A DNA stretch of 35,542 bases from a virus (taxonomy: Duplodnaviria; Heunggongvirae; Uroviricota; Caudoviricetes), in the IMG/VR virus record IMGVR_UViG_2667528074_000007. The stretch is one strand, 5' to 3'. Below are positions 20,569 through 28,373 of this stretch, in pieces (position 1 is the first letter of the stretch; each line of letters opens with the position of its first letter). Under the pieces are notes generated by a model. The model was not told where the DNA came from, made no database searches, and saw nothing but the letters and a program-made list of their open reading frames with translations. A program made the position numbers and the translations under genes.

Positions 20569-20676
20569 AAGCTGTGTGGCGAAGCAACCACTCTTAACAG
20601 ATTACAAGAATTTTTGCGTACGCGTTAATTTTTTTGTATTTTTCTCATTACACAATATATAAACCCTATGTAAAAA

Positions 20677-21960
20677 ATGACAGCAGAAATAGCCGTATTT
20701 AACAAGACCGCAGTAGCTTTAGCCGCAGATTCAGCTGTAACAATTTCTGGAGGCGGCAAACATAAAATCTATAATGGCGCTGAAAAGCTTTTCGCTCTAA
20801 CTAAACATCATCCTGTAGGTTTGATGGTATATGGAACTGGTGATCTCTGCACAGCTCCATGGGAGCTTATCATCAAGGCTTATAGAAAGGATTTAGGCTC
20901 TAAATGTTTTGACTCTTTGGAGGAATATGCTGAGGATTTCTTCAATTATCTACAGTCGGCTAAATCAATCATCACACCAGGTATGCGTGAGGCTCATCTT
21001 TATCACTTCCTGAGCGAGATTGTATTCAGCATGCTTGTTGATGCTTTTTCTGAAGGTCTCGAACCAACATATTTCGTTAACTTCAATAAGAATCAATTTA
21101 TTACAGACCTTACAAATTATTGCAACGATCTCCTTACAAAATTATCTGATATTAATTACTTTGATGGTTTTACTCCGGATGATGAACAAGCAGCCCAAAC
21201 CTATGCTTCATCAGTTGCCCAACGCATCATTGCTCAAAAGTTTAGTGACTTTGATCCAATATCCATAACTCCACAGTTGACAAGAGTAGTTAGTGATGTT
21301 TTGGCAGCTATGATATGCAAGCAAAGTGATATCGGTTCCGTCTCTGGGATTGTAATTGCAGGTTATGGCGATAAAGACTATTACCCTAAAGTATTATCAT
21401 ATGAAGTTTGTGGCTTCTTTAATGATAAAATCAGGAAAACTACAGATGCTGACAAGTGCTGCATCACTCCTAATTGCGGCGTGACTCCTTTTGCGCAAGA
21501 GGATGAAGTTTCTGCTTTCATGCAAGGAGCTAGTTCACATCTTATCCAAAATCTTCATGCTGAGTATCAACGTTCTATCGTCGATTTACTTGATGGTATT
21601 GATTCAGTAATCACAGATTTGGTGCCTACTTCAGATATCGAAGGAGCTAAGGATGCTATAGTTGATGTAGTGCGCAGAACTGTTTCCGATTGCAAGGGGC
21701 GTATTGATAGCTTTGTCCGAGAAAACTATGTTGACAAAGTCGTAAATATGATCGAGTTTTTACCCAAGCAAGATTTAGCTTATATGGCTGAATCATTAGT
21801 AAATTTAACCGCTTTCAAGCGCAAGGTCTCCGATGATACTGAAACAGTGGGAGGCCCCATAGATGTTGCAATCATTTCTAAAGCTGATGGTTTTATCTGG
21901 GTTAAACGTAAGCACTATTTTGCAAAAGAACTGAACCATCACTACTTTTCGCGGCCATAG
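20677..21960 (+). CDS. Hypothetical 427-aa protein, possible HslV/proteasome-like Ntn-hydrolase fold; accessory gene between Q and the lysis cassette
   Basis: Only long plus-strand ORF in a minus-strand late region; AT-rich. N-terminus MTAEIAVFNKTAVALAADSAVTISGGGKHK...VGLMVYGTGD parallels HslV [22 protein letters not shown]...AGFAGGTAD as recalled; later GIVIAGYGD and VGGPIDVAIISKADGFIWV resemble C-terminal strands of that fold. No search run. Confidence 0.7.
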   Translation: MTAEIAVFNKTAVALAADSAVTISGGGKHKIYNGAEKLFALTKHHPVGLMVYGTGDLCTAPWELIIKAYRKDLGSKCFDSLEEYAEDFFNYLQSAKSIITPGMREAHLYHFLSEIVFSMLVDAFSEGLEPTYFVNFNKNQFITDLTNYCNDLLTKLSDINYFDGFTPDDEQAAQTYASSVAQRIIAQKFSDFDPISITPQLTRVVSDVLAAMICKQSDIGSVSGIVIAGYGDKDYYPKVLSYEVCGFFNDKIRKTTDADKCCITPNCGVTPFAQEDEVSAFMQGASSHLIQNLHAEYQRSIVDLLDGIDSVITDLVPTSDIEGAKDAIVDVVRRTVSDCKGRIDSFVRENYVDKVVNMIEFLPKQDLAYMAESLVNLTAFKRKVSDDTETVGGPIDVAIISKADGFIWVKRKHYFAKELNHHYFSRP

Positions 21961-21983
21961 CAACAAATAGACAAGGGGAACAC

Positions 21984-22133
21984 ATGTCACTTAAGCAAGC
22001 CTATGAAAGAACTCAACCCAAAAGCATCAATGATTTCTTTCAGTTGAGTACTTCTGGAAAGAGTCGACGCACTGTAACAAGCCAATCCAACTTCTTTACT
22101 AAATTGAACAAAACATTACCTGCACAATCCTAA
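21984..22133 (+). CDS. Small ORF (49 aa) immediately downstream of the 427-aa gene
   Basis: ATG at 21984 preceded by AAGGGGA about 7 nt upstream; translates MSLKQAYERTQPKSINDFFQLSTSGKSRRTVTSQSNFFTKLNKTLPAQS; stop abuts the terminator stem. Below the ORF-track cutoff. Confidence 0.3.
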   Translation: MSLKQAYERTQPKSINDFFQLSTSGKSRRTVTSQSNFFTKLNKTLPAQS

Positions 22134-22168
22134 AAAGTTAAAAGCCACTACGGTGGCTTTTAACTTTT
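22133..22168. terminator. Bidirectional terminator hairpin between the accessory cassette and Q
   Basis: Perfect 16-bp inverted repeat AAAAGTTAAAAGCCAC-TACG-GTGGCTTTTAACTTTT; the Q stop codon (22167..22169) lies inside the right arm. Confidence 0.6.
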
Positions 22169-22532
22169 ATTTACATGCCATAACGCTCGTAATCCCCTCT
22201 ACAAAACCAATTGCAGTTTGCAATTCCTTTCTAATCGTGCCATCTGAACACCTTCTCTTCTTGGCAATAGTGCGTAATGAGATACCAATAACAAAGTGAG
22301 CTATGATGAGCTCATATTCCTCTGGTTTATACTTTCGCAACCGAGCCACACAACCGTCTATTATGATGCCCTCATCATCATCGCACTGAATCCGGGACTT
22401 TCTGCCATGAGGTAAAAGCCCCTTGAAGCCTGCTGCTATAGGTTGCCAATCCACACTACTGTTATCTGCTGCAGCCCATGCTCCCCAGCGGTCCAATACT
22501 TCATACATATCACGCATCAACCTTCTCCACAA
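22167..22532 (-). CDS. Putative late antiterminator Q
   Basis: 121-aa ORF at the Q position of a lambdoid map, after DUF968 and before the lysis region; C-terminal part looks HTH-like. Family assignment is from memory. Confidence 0.55.
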   Translation of the reverse strand: MWRRLMRDMYEVLDRWGAWAAADNSSVDWQPIAAGFKGLLPHGRKSRIQCDDDEGIIIDGCVARLRKYKPEEYELIIAHFVIGISLRTIAKKRRCSDGTIRKELQTAIGFVEGITSVMACK

Positions 22533-22534
22533 AA

Positions 22535-23530
22535 TCAGGCCAGCACGCCAATTGCCAGCGCACGATCGATAAAACGAAATATCAGCTCCAGCTGGGAGCC
22601 ATACTTCTCTTCAAATGCCACGGTATCCACATGCAACTCGTCGTGATGCTTTCTGCACAAAGGCAAAACAAAGAGGTCATGCGCTTTTGTTCCCATTCCA
22701 CCCTGACCGTGGCCTATCAGGTGGTGGGGATCATCAGCAGGTTTTCCACAACATGCGCACGGCTGCGTCTTAACCCATCGCGTGTACTTTTCATTAACCC
22801 AGCGGCGACGTTTGGGGCGTAACATAAAAGACTCCGGCGACTCCGGCTCCACTTTCAGCGCCAGCACCTTTTTCGCCTTATCCTGGATGATGCTGGTGGC
22901 AGGAACCGAAGGCACAAGGTCACTTTCCCGGGTAACAGACGGCACAACAGGCTTCGGTAATCTCAGTGCCTTACGGGCTGCACTTTCCGGTAAGGCATCC
23001 GCCAGATCATTACGAATCAGCCACCAGCACAGTTCCGGTATTGTCACAACGTGACTGTCATCAAAACCGAGATCCCGACGCACAACAGACAACACCCAGC
23101 GGGCACAGTTATCCGTTGCCATTGATTCCAGCCGTTCCGTGAACTGATCGCGCAGCTGGTTATCGCAGTGCCAGCACAGACGGATTGCGCCCGGAGCGTG
23201 TCGCATTGTGGTCATGTTCTCGCTGTGCCAGTCGGAATGAGGCCACTGGCAGCCTTTTTCACGAAGTAACCAGCTTTCAAGACATTCCACGCCACCAGCA
23301 CGACGGATCACTGCCTCATTGCGGAACACGGCCTGAACGGCAGGATCATCCGCCAGCGGTTGTGATGCCGCCGGAACGGCACCACTGGCGAAAGATGAAT
23401 AACGTTCCGGCTCAGGCTCCAGCAGGACACGCCCCTGCATAAACAGGGGCATCAGCTCTGAACCTGGTCTGAACAATACGATCCCCATACGCGGGGCAAT
23501 TTCAGGGGTCAGTAGTGCTCTCACGGTCAC
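22535..23530 (-). CDS. DUF968-like nin-region protein with C-terminal Cys/His motif
   Basis: 331-aa ORF; C-terminal CACCGKPADDPHHLIGHGQGG...LCRKHHDELH suggests a zinc-binding HNH-like motif. Confidence 0.55.
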   Translation of the reverse strand: MTVRALLTPEIAPRMGIVLFRPGSELMPLFMQGRVLLEPEPERYSSFASGAVPAASQPLADDPAVQAVFRNEAVIRRAGGVECLESWLLREKGCQWPHSDWHSENMTTMRHAPGAIRLCWHCDNQLRDQFTERLESMATDNCARWVLSVVRRDLGFDDSHVVTIPELCWWLIRNDLADALPESAARKALRLPKPVVPSVTRESDLVPSVPATSIIQDKAKKVLALKVEPESPESFMLRPKRRRWVNEKYTRWVKTQPCACCGKPADDPHHLIGHGQGGMGTKAHDLFVLPLCRKHHDELHVDTVAFEEKYGSQLELIFRFIDRALAIGVLA

Positions 23531-23531
23531 C

Positions 23532-24362
23532 TCAATGAACGGTATCGAGCAGCTTTAACAGCTCAGGGAATCGGGATTCGAAGAAATGCGGCTGCGTCTC
23601 GCGCGGATTTGCAGGACTGGTGATGTTCTTGCCGAACATGCAGCCTTTCGCCGTCAGCGACCAGAATTTTTTGATGTTGTTAATCGCGGTACGGCTGTAT
23701 CGTTCGCGCTGCTCGACGATCCCCAGTTTCACCATCTGGTGATATGCCTGATTAGCCGTCAGGCGGATACCATACTGTTTCAGCAGTGCACTCAGTGACA
23801 GTGTCGGGCGACTTGAGCCATCGTGTGCATCAGCAGGAGCATCAATGGCATAGCGCGGTGCCAGATTCGGTAAGCCAACAGCCTCCTGAAGTTTCTGACA
23901 GGCACCAAGCACAGATGAGTTAGACAGGTTTAACTCCCTGCGCATAAAGTCCAGCAGAATCACACCAGCCTGCATCTTGTCAGCAGCCTGCCCGGATAAT
24001 TTTTCCGGTGCGCTGGTTACCATGTCGAAAGTACGGATCACCTTCAGATGGAATGACGGGCTGATCCACATTGCATAGGCATACACCAGTTCTTTGCAGA
24101 CATACGTCCCCTGGTTATTTCCGCCACGAATAACGTTAACTGGCTCTATATTGACCGAGTTGCAAATCTGCAACTCGCTTATTAAACGTTCAGTTTGCTC
24201 ATTGCGGAGCCAGAATGCAGGCTTATGCTTATCCAGAGAACCGGCAGCCCTGTGCAGATCGTTCAGGCTGTAACGCCCATAAGCATCACGACGAACTTCA
24301 ATACCATCAATGACCATCAGATTATTCATACTTCGTTTCTCCTCTTGATCAGGCGGCTGCAC
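23532..24362 (-). CDS. KilA-N domain protein (antirepressor-like)
   Basis: 276-aa ORF; N-terminal NLMVIDGIEVRRDAYGRYSLNDLHRAAG...KPAFWLRNEQ resembles the KilA-N DNA-binding domain. Confidence 0.6.
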   Translation of the reverse strand: MQPPDQEEKRSMNNLMVIDGIEVRRDAYGRYSLNDLHRAAGSLDKHKPAFWLRNEQTERLISELQICNSVNIEPVNVIRGGNNQGTYVCKELVYAYAMWISPSFHLKVIRTFDMVTSAPEKLSGQAADKMQAGVILLDFMRRELNLSNSSVLGACQKLQEAVGLPNLAPRYAIDAPADAHDGSSRPTLSLSALLKQYGIRLTANQAYHQMVKLGIVEQRERYSRTAINNIKKFWSLTAKGCMFGKNITSPANPRETQPHFFESRFPELLKLLDTVH

Positions 24363-24738
24363 CCGCCGTTTTCTCGTACTTACTGATAGTGATCTCGACC
24401 TTCCCTTCCGGGATAACCGGTCCCCACTCCACCAGCATTCTTTTCACCTGACTGTCGTCCTCCCACACACCCGCGTGGGTCAGGGCGTCAAACAGCGCCT
24501 TGTTATAGTTGTCCAGATCGCGGATCCGGTTATCCGGAGGAAACAACACGATCTCCACTGAAGCAGGTGCCGACGTTGGTTTCGGCAGACGACGTAACTG
24601 CTCAACTATTGCTGTGCACGCCGCACTCTGGAATTTTCGCCCCGCCGCGCTTATCAGGCTCTTACCAGCAAATGCCCCTTTGTTGGGGTGTCGCCAGTAG
24701 GTGTTCACGCTGGGTGGAAAAGGCAGGATCAGCTTCAT
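24349..24738 (-). CDS. rusA: Holliday junction resolvase RusA
   Basis: 129-aa protein; PFPPSVNTYWRH and DLDNYNKALFDALTHAGVWEDDSQV match RusA catalytic-region motifs. Confidence 0.85.
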   Translation of the reverse strand: MKLILPFPPSVNTYWRHPNKGAFAGKSLISAAGRKFQSAACTAIVEQLRRLPKPTSAPASVEIVLFPPDNRIRDLDNYNKALFDALTHAGVWEDDSQVKRMLVEWGPVIPEGKVEITISKYEKTAGAAA

Positions 24739-25061
24739 ACTTTCAGGCCCCTCTCATGTAACCAGTGGACTGCACGCAGCCTGGCGTTTTCCTCACCGGC
24801 AAGCAGTGCGCGGATAATCCCGACCGCCTCGCTGTCGTCGTCCTTCACCGCGGTATGAAGCGTTATCCCCCGGGCCACGCCACGCTTTATCGTGATGACG
24901 CCTTTTTTCTCCAGTGCACGAAGATGCTCTACCGCTGCATTCACTGAACGGTATCCCAGCATGGTTGCCACCTCCTGATTGGTTGGCGGAAAGCCACGCT
25001 CTTTCTGGTAAGAAATCAGCATATCCAGCACCTGCTGCTGGCATTGAGTTAACGTCGTCAT
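24735..25061 (-). CDS. LexA DNA-binding-domain-only protein (no S24 peptidase domain)
   Basis: 108-aa protein LTQCQQQVLDMLISYQKERGFPPTNQEVATMLGYRSVNAAVEHLRALEKKGVITIKRGVARGITL aligns with the LexA N-terminal winged helix as recalled ([55 protein letters not shown]); the ORF ends before any protease domain. Confidence 0.7.
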   Translation of the reverse strand: MTTLTQCQQQVLDMLISYQKERGFPPTNQEVATMLGYRSVNAAVEHLRALEKKGVITIKRGVARGITLHTAVKDDDSEAVGIIRALLAGEENARLRAVHWLHERGLKV

Positions 25062-25711
25062 GCCGCCATCTCCCTGACCAGTTTTTCCGCCTGCTGGCGA
25101 ACCTGCGCCAGAAAGGCCTCACCACATGCCTCAAGTTCATCGCGCCCGATGTAGCTGATTGCCGGTCCCTTCCAGGTCTTATCGAAAACAGCAATAGCAC
25201 CAGCGAAGAACGCTCCTGTCGGCACCTGCTTCTCGTCTTTCGGGATAAACCAGACAGGCAGTTCAAAACCAATACGCCCGCGAATAAAAGCAATATGATC
25301 TGCATCTTCCGGCCACCACACTTCGCTGGTGGCAGCTTTGATCAGGAAAACATAGCGCCCGCCTTTATCACGCATGGCACTGGCATGCTTCATGATGTAA
25401 CGCATGCCGGTGATGTATTGCCCCTCATGCTGACTGGCGCGGCTGTATGGAGGATTTCCAAAGGCAGCACCTTTAAGCTCCGCAAGACGTTCTGACCAGT
25501 CATGCGCCAGCGCGTTGTCTTCCGCCGTGTAATACGCGGCGCATTTGGCGTTATCACCGTCAGTAAACAGATCCAGAACAAACGGGCCAAACAGGGTGTT
25601 AATTCCCCAGAAAATGTTGTCCGGTGTGCGCCACTGATCGCCCACTTCCTTCAGTTCATGGGCTGGTTTGTTTCGCAACTCCACCAGCGCCTGGCAATAT
25701 TTATTACTCAT
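25058..25711 (-). CDS. DNA N6-adenine methyltransferase (phage Dam-like)
   Basis: Contains the FGNPPYS motif; start set at internal Met (MSNKYCQ) to give a 1-nt ATGA overlap with the upstream gene. ORF track shows 25058..25744. Confidence 0.75.
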   Translation of the reverse strand: MSNKYCQALVELRNKPAHELKEVGDQWRTPDNIFWGINTLFGPFVLDLFTDGDNAKCAAYYTAEDNALAHDWSERLAELKGAAFGNPPYSRASQHEGQYITGMRYIMKHASAMRDKGGRYVFLIKAATSEVWWPEDADHIAFIRGRIGFELPVWFIPKDEKQVPTGAFFAGAIAVFDKTWKGPAISYIGRDELEACGEAFLAQVRQQAEKLVREMAA

Positions 25712-26205
25712 TAAGCCCCCACGTAATTCCCTGACAGATACCACTCATCACCCGATACAGCGCGCTTGCTGCTTTTCCGTAAGCACCGCTCACGACGCGC
25801 CAGAAAATTGTTTCGTTCTGGCTGGGAATGGCTTTCACGGAATGCCGCCATCCACACCGTTGCAGCACGACGGTATAAGCCCCTGGACTCCAGTTCTTCA
25901 GCCTGGCGGGTCAGGCACAAAATCACCCGTGGATCGTTAGTGCCGACATAGAAATTGCGCACAGGTCTGGTTTCTCGAACTGGTTGTGGTTCCGGTTCCT
26001 GCGCTCTCTCAGTCAGGCGCGGGAAATGTCTGCGTGTATCTCCTTCACAACGGTGAGCCACACGCCCACTCTGACGTAACTTGCTTGCTGACTGCAGAAC
26101 GCGCTGCCGTGAGTAACCTGCAAAAGCATCCGCAATGTCTCCGGAAGTACATCCCGGATGGGCTTCAATGAATTTCTGAACTTCATTCAAAAGACTCATG
26201 ATCAC
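25711..26205 (-). CDS. Hypothetical protein, replication-region (YfdN-like by size and position)
   Basis: 164-aa ORF directly downstream of the O-like initiator, overlapping the methylase start. Confidence 0.5.
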   Translation of the reverse strand: MIMSLLNEVQKFIEAHPGCTSGDIADAFAGYSRQRVLQSASKLRQSGRVAHRCEGDTRRHFPRLTERAQEPEPQPVRETRPVRNFYVGTNDPRVILCLTRQAEELESRGLYRRAATVWMAAFRESHSQPERNNFLARRERCLRKSSKRAVSGDEWYLSGNYVGA

Positions 26206-27143
26206 CCCCTGAATCCTGCCGGGATCTGGCTGTAGTCCACGTTGTCGTAACTGGATTTGAAGTACGGGTCTTCGCGTTTTTCGGTGTACGTGCTGACGGA
26301 CGGTGATAAGCGCAGGGAAAGCTCATCCCATTTTTCCCGCAACTTCGACGGGCTGAGCACGTTACGGCACCAGAACGGATCGCGGCTGACGCGGCTGTAC
26401 ATCTCGCAGATTTGTTTGTGAGTACGACCATCCTGCACACACATCAGGCGAATTTCGTTTGCCCAGGCTGTCCAGTTCGGTTCTTTGGGACGAACCACCT
26501 CGCCGTCACATTCGGCGGCTTGCTCGTACAGGGCGATGATTTTTTTCCAGAGCCACTGTGCGCAGGTCAAATCATCCTGCGTTCCCCACTGGCGCTTTTT
26601 AGGGCTGAATACAACCGCATCAGGATGGCGAGTTAAAAAATCCTGTTCATCCGTCTGCGTGTCCGGTTGCGAAGCGTCCGGACGAGAAGGTTTTTTATCT
26701 GACGGATCATGTTTTGATTTTACTGACGGATCCCCGCCAGATTCTGACGGGTGAAAACCCGCTTTTTTGCCAGATTTCGACGCATCAAATTTTGACGGGT
26801 CAGATTTTGATGCGTCAGATTTTGACGGGTCAGAATCTGACAGTTGAGAAAATGCCGCTGCCTGAAGCTTCGCAACGTTAAGCTGATAAACATTCGACGC
26901 ATTGCGGTTACCCTGGCGACGCGCCTTACGCGTTAACCAGCCTTCTGCTTCCAGCCGTGCGATAGCCGTCCTGACGGTACTCATCCCCGCGCCAATCTGA
27001 CGGGCAATAGTTTCAATTGATGGCCAGCACACACCTTCGTCATTACTGAAATCAGCCAGGCGGGCCATAATTGCCACGCTGGATAATTTCATGCCTGATG
27101 CAGCGCAACCATCCCATACATAGCCGGTTAATTTAGTGCTCAT
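26202..27143 (-). CDS. Replication initiator, lambda O-like, with iterons inside the coding sequence
   Basis: 313-aa ORF with N-terminal HTH-like region; central low-complexity DPSKSDASKSDPSKFDASKS is encoded by the iteron array. Confidence 0.7.
   Translation of the reverse strand: MSTKLTGYVWDGCAASGMKLSSVAIMARLADFSNDEGVCWPSIETIARQIGAGMSTVRTAIARLEAEGWLTRKARRQGNRNASNVYQLNVAKLQAAAFSQLSDSDPSKSDASKSDPSKFDASKSGKKAGFHPSESGGDPSVKSKHDPSDKKPSRPDASQPDTQTDEQDFLTRHPDAVVFSPKKRQWGTQDDLTCAQWLWKKIIALYEQAAECDGEVVRPKEPNWTAWANEIRLMCVQDGRTHKQICEMYSRVSRDPFWCRNVLSPSKLREKWDELSLRLSPSVSTYTEKREDPYFKSSYDNVDYSQIPAGFRG
26695..26843. repeat. Iteron array, putative replication origin inside the O-like gene
   Basis: About eight direct repeats related to ATTTTGACGGGTCAG, with 15-bp periodicity in 26774..26843 and more degenerate copies in 26695..26754. 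Confidence 0.65.
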
Positions 27144-27152
27144 GACCGACCT

Positions 27153-27491
27153 CTATTTCCCTGAATTTACGACGAAACTGTTCGAGCGGGCTGAAGCACT
27201 CATGCTCATAGCCTTCGCGGAGGTAGATAACTCGTTGTGTTTCCGGCTCCCAACGAATGACTCTGACGGGCACTCCGTAGTGATCTTTGAACCAGCGGTT
27301 AACTTGTCGCAAAGGACTGTCTCCTTCTGCCGGTTGAAATCACCCACAGCCCACTCAGCAAAGCTGTGGGTTACAATTTCCCTGTCACCAGGTACATTAA
27401 CTGCATAGCAATACTCCACCTTCGCTTTTCCACCCGGTACAGGAAGCGCAATCAGTTGCGAGCGACGGTAGTGTGTTGTTAAACTGTTCAT
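27153..27491 (-). CDS. Hypothetical protein between CII-like and O-like genes
   Basis: 112-aa ORF whose start overlaps the CII-like stop by 4 nt; C-terminus is low complexity. Confidence 0.4.
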   Translation of the reverse strand: MNSLTTHYRRSQLIALPVPGGKAKVEYCYAVNVPGDREIVTHSFAEWAVGDFNRQKETVLCDKLTAGSKITTECPSESFVGSRKHNELSTSAKAMSMSASARSNSFVVNSGK

Positions 27492-28051
27492 GCGTTAGTT
27501 TCTCCACAGTCACGACACGCCACGGCGCCCGGAGCTGCACACTCGCGGGCGTCATTACTTTCTGAAACGCAAAAGATTTTGTAGACCAGTGCTGCATGCT
27601 CCTGCAGCTTCGAAATTGAGAGGTACAGCTCATCGTTAATTGCTGTCTTCTCATGCGGTTCCACTACACCGTCTTCAATTGCTGAACGAATCTGTTTTGA
27701 ATAACTGCCGATCTGTTCAATGACTTCCAGCAGGCGTTGGTTGATATCGGCGTTGTCCACATCCTCGACGTCAGGAAGAGACACAAAGACGCCATTTGCA
27801 GACTGCGCCACAGCATCAGCAATGAAGTGAGTGCCACCAGCACGCTGTAAAACCATTGCCCATCCCAGCGGGAAAATCTGATCGCCATCTGCACGAAGGC
27901 GGTTGAATAAAGCGTTTTCTGTTACATCGAGCCAGTCAGCCGCTTCAGCGTAACCACCCGGCAACGCCGCGATAGTTTTTCTGACAGCTTTCACGTACCA
28001 CTCAGGCTGTTTTTCTATTTTCCAGTGATGCTTACCCACGGTTAGCCTCAT
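27488..28051 (-). CDS. CII-like regulatory protein
   Basis: 187-aa ORF directly downstream of cro on the rightward operon; position and size fit the CII-like regulator family. Confidence 0.55.
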   Translation of the reverse strand: MRLTVGKHHWKIEKQPEWYVKAVRKTIAALPGGYAEAADWLDVTENALFNRLRADGDQIFPLGWAMVLQRAGGTHFIADAVAQSANGVFVSLPDVEDVDNADINQRLLEVIEQIGSYSKQIRSAIEDGVVEPHEKTAINDELYLSISKLQEHAALVYKIFCVSESNDARECAAPGAVACRDCGETNA

Positions 28052-28082
28052 CGTTCTGTGGTTAAAAATTGAAAGTGTTCTG

Positions 28083-28283
28083 CTAATCTTTCGGATAGAT
28101 ATCCGGTCTTAAGTCAGATTTCGTAATTGCACCTGACGTGCATTGCTCAAGTTTTTTAGCCAGCACAAAACTGGCTTTTTTATAGCCATTGAAAACCAGC
28201 CGTAAGTAGCCAGGTGTTGAGCCAACTTTTCCGGCCAACTCGCCCTGCTGTTCTTTGGTTAAAGAGTCCCAATACGCTTTCAT
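28083..28283 (-). CDS. cro: Cro-like repressor
   Basis: 66-aa product MKAYWDSLTKEQQGELAGKVGSTPGYLRLVFNGYKKASF with an HTH, GGAGG 8 nt upstream of the ATG, divergent from cI. ORF track shows a longer frame 28083..28586 that would cross the operators. Confidence 0.75.
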   Translation of the reverse strand: MKAYWDSLTKEQQGELAGKVGSTPGYLRLVFNGYKKASFVLAKKLEQCTSGAITKSDLRPDIYPKD

Positions 28284-28373
28284 ACAATATGTACCTCCAG
28301 TGTACATATTACATGATTGAAATGAACCTTCAAGATACTTGTACCTTAACGGTACAAGGGTTTTAATTTCGTT
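28284..28373. promoter_or_regulatory. Immunity operator region with divergent pR / pRM-like promoters
   Basis: Two palindromes with 7-bp spacers: ATATGTAC-CTCCAGT-GTACATAT (28287..28309) and CTTGTAC-CTTAACG-GTACAAG (28338..28358). Minus-strand -35 TTGAAG (28328..28333) and -10 TAATAT (28306..28311) fit pR; TTTAAT about 7 nt before the cI ATG suggests a leaderless cI transcript. Confidence 0.55.

Noticed and set aside
20677-21960. Shiga toxin or other known toxin cargo at the Q-S position
   Set aside because: Single 427-aa gene on the opposite strand; sequence has no resemblance to Stx A/B subunits or other toxins I recognise.
24793-25305. Minus-strand 170-aa Arg-rich ORF in an alternate frame over the LexA-like and Dam-like genes
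   Set aside because: Overlaps two genes with recognisable motifs in the other frame; Arg/Ser/Gly-rich composition typical of an off-frame read.
26695-26843. Possible CRISPR array
   Set aside because: Repeats are about 15 bp with no unique spacers, lie inside an ORF and encode a peptide repeat; they are replication iterons.
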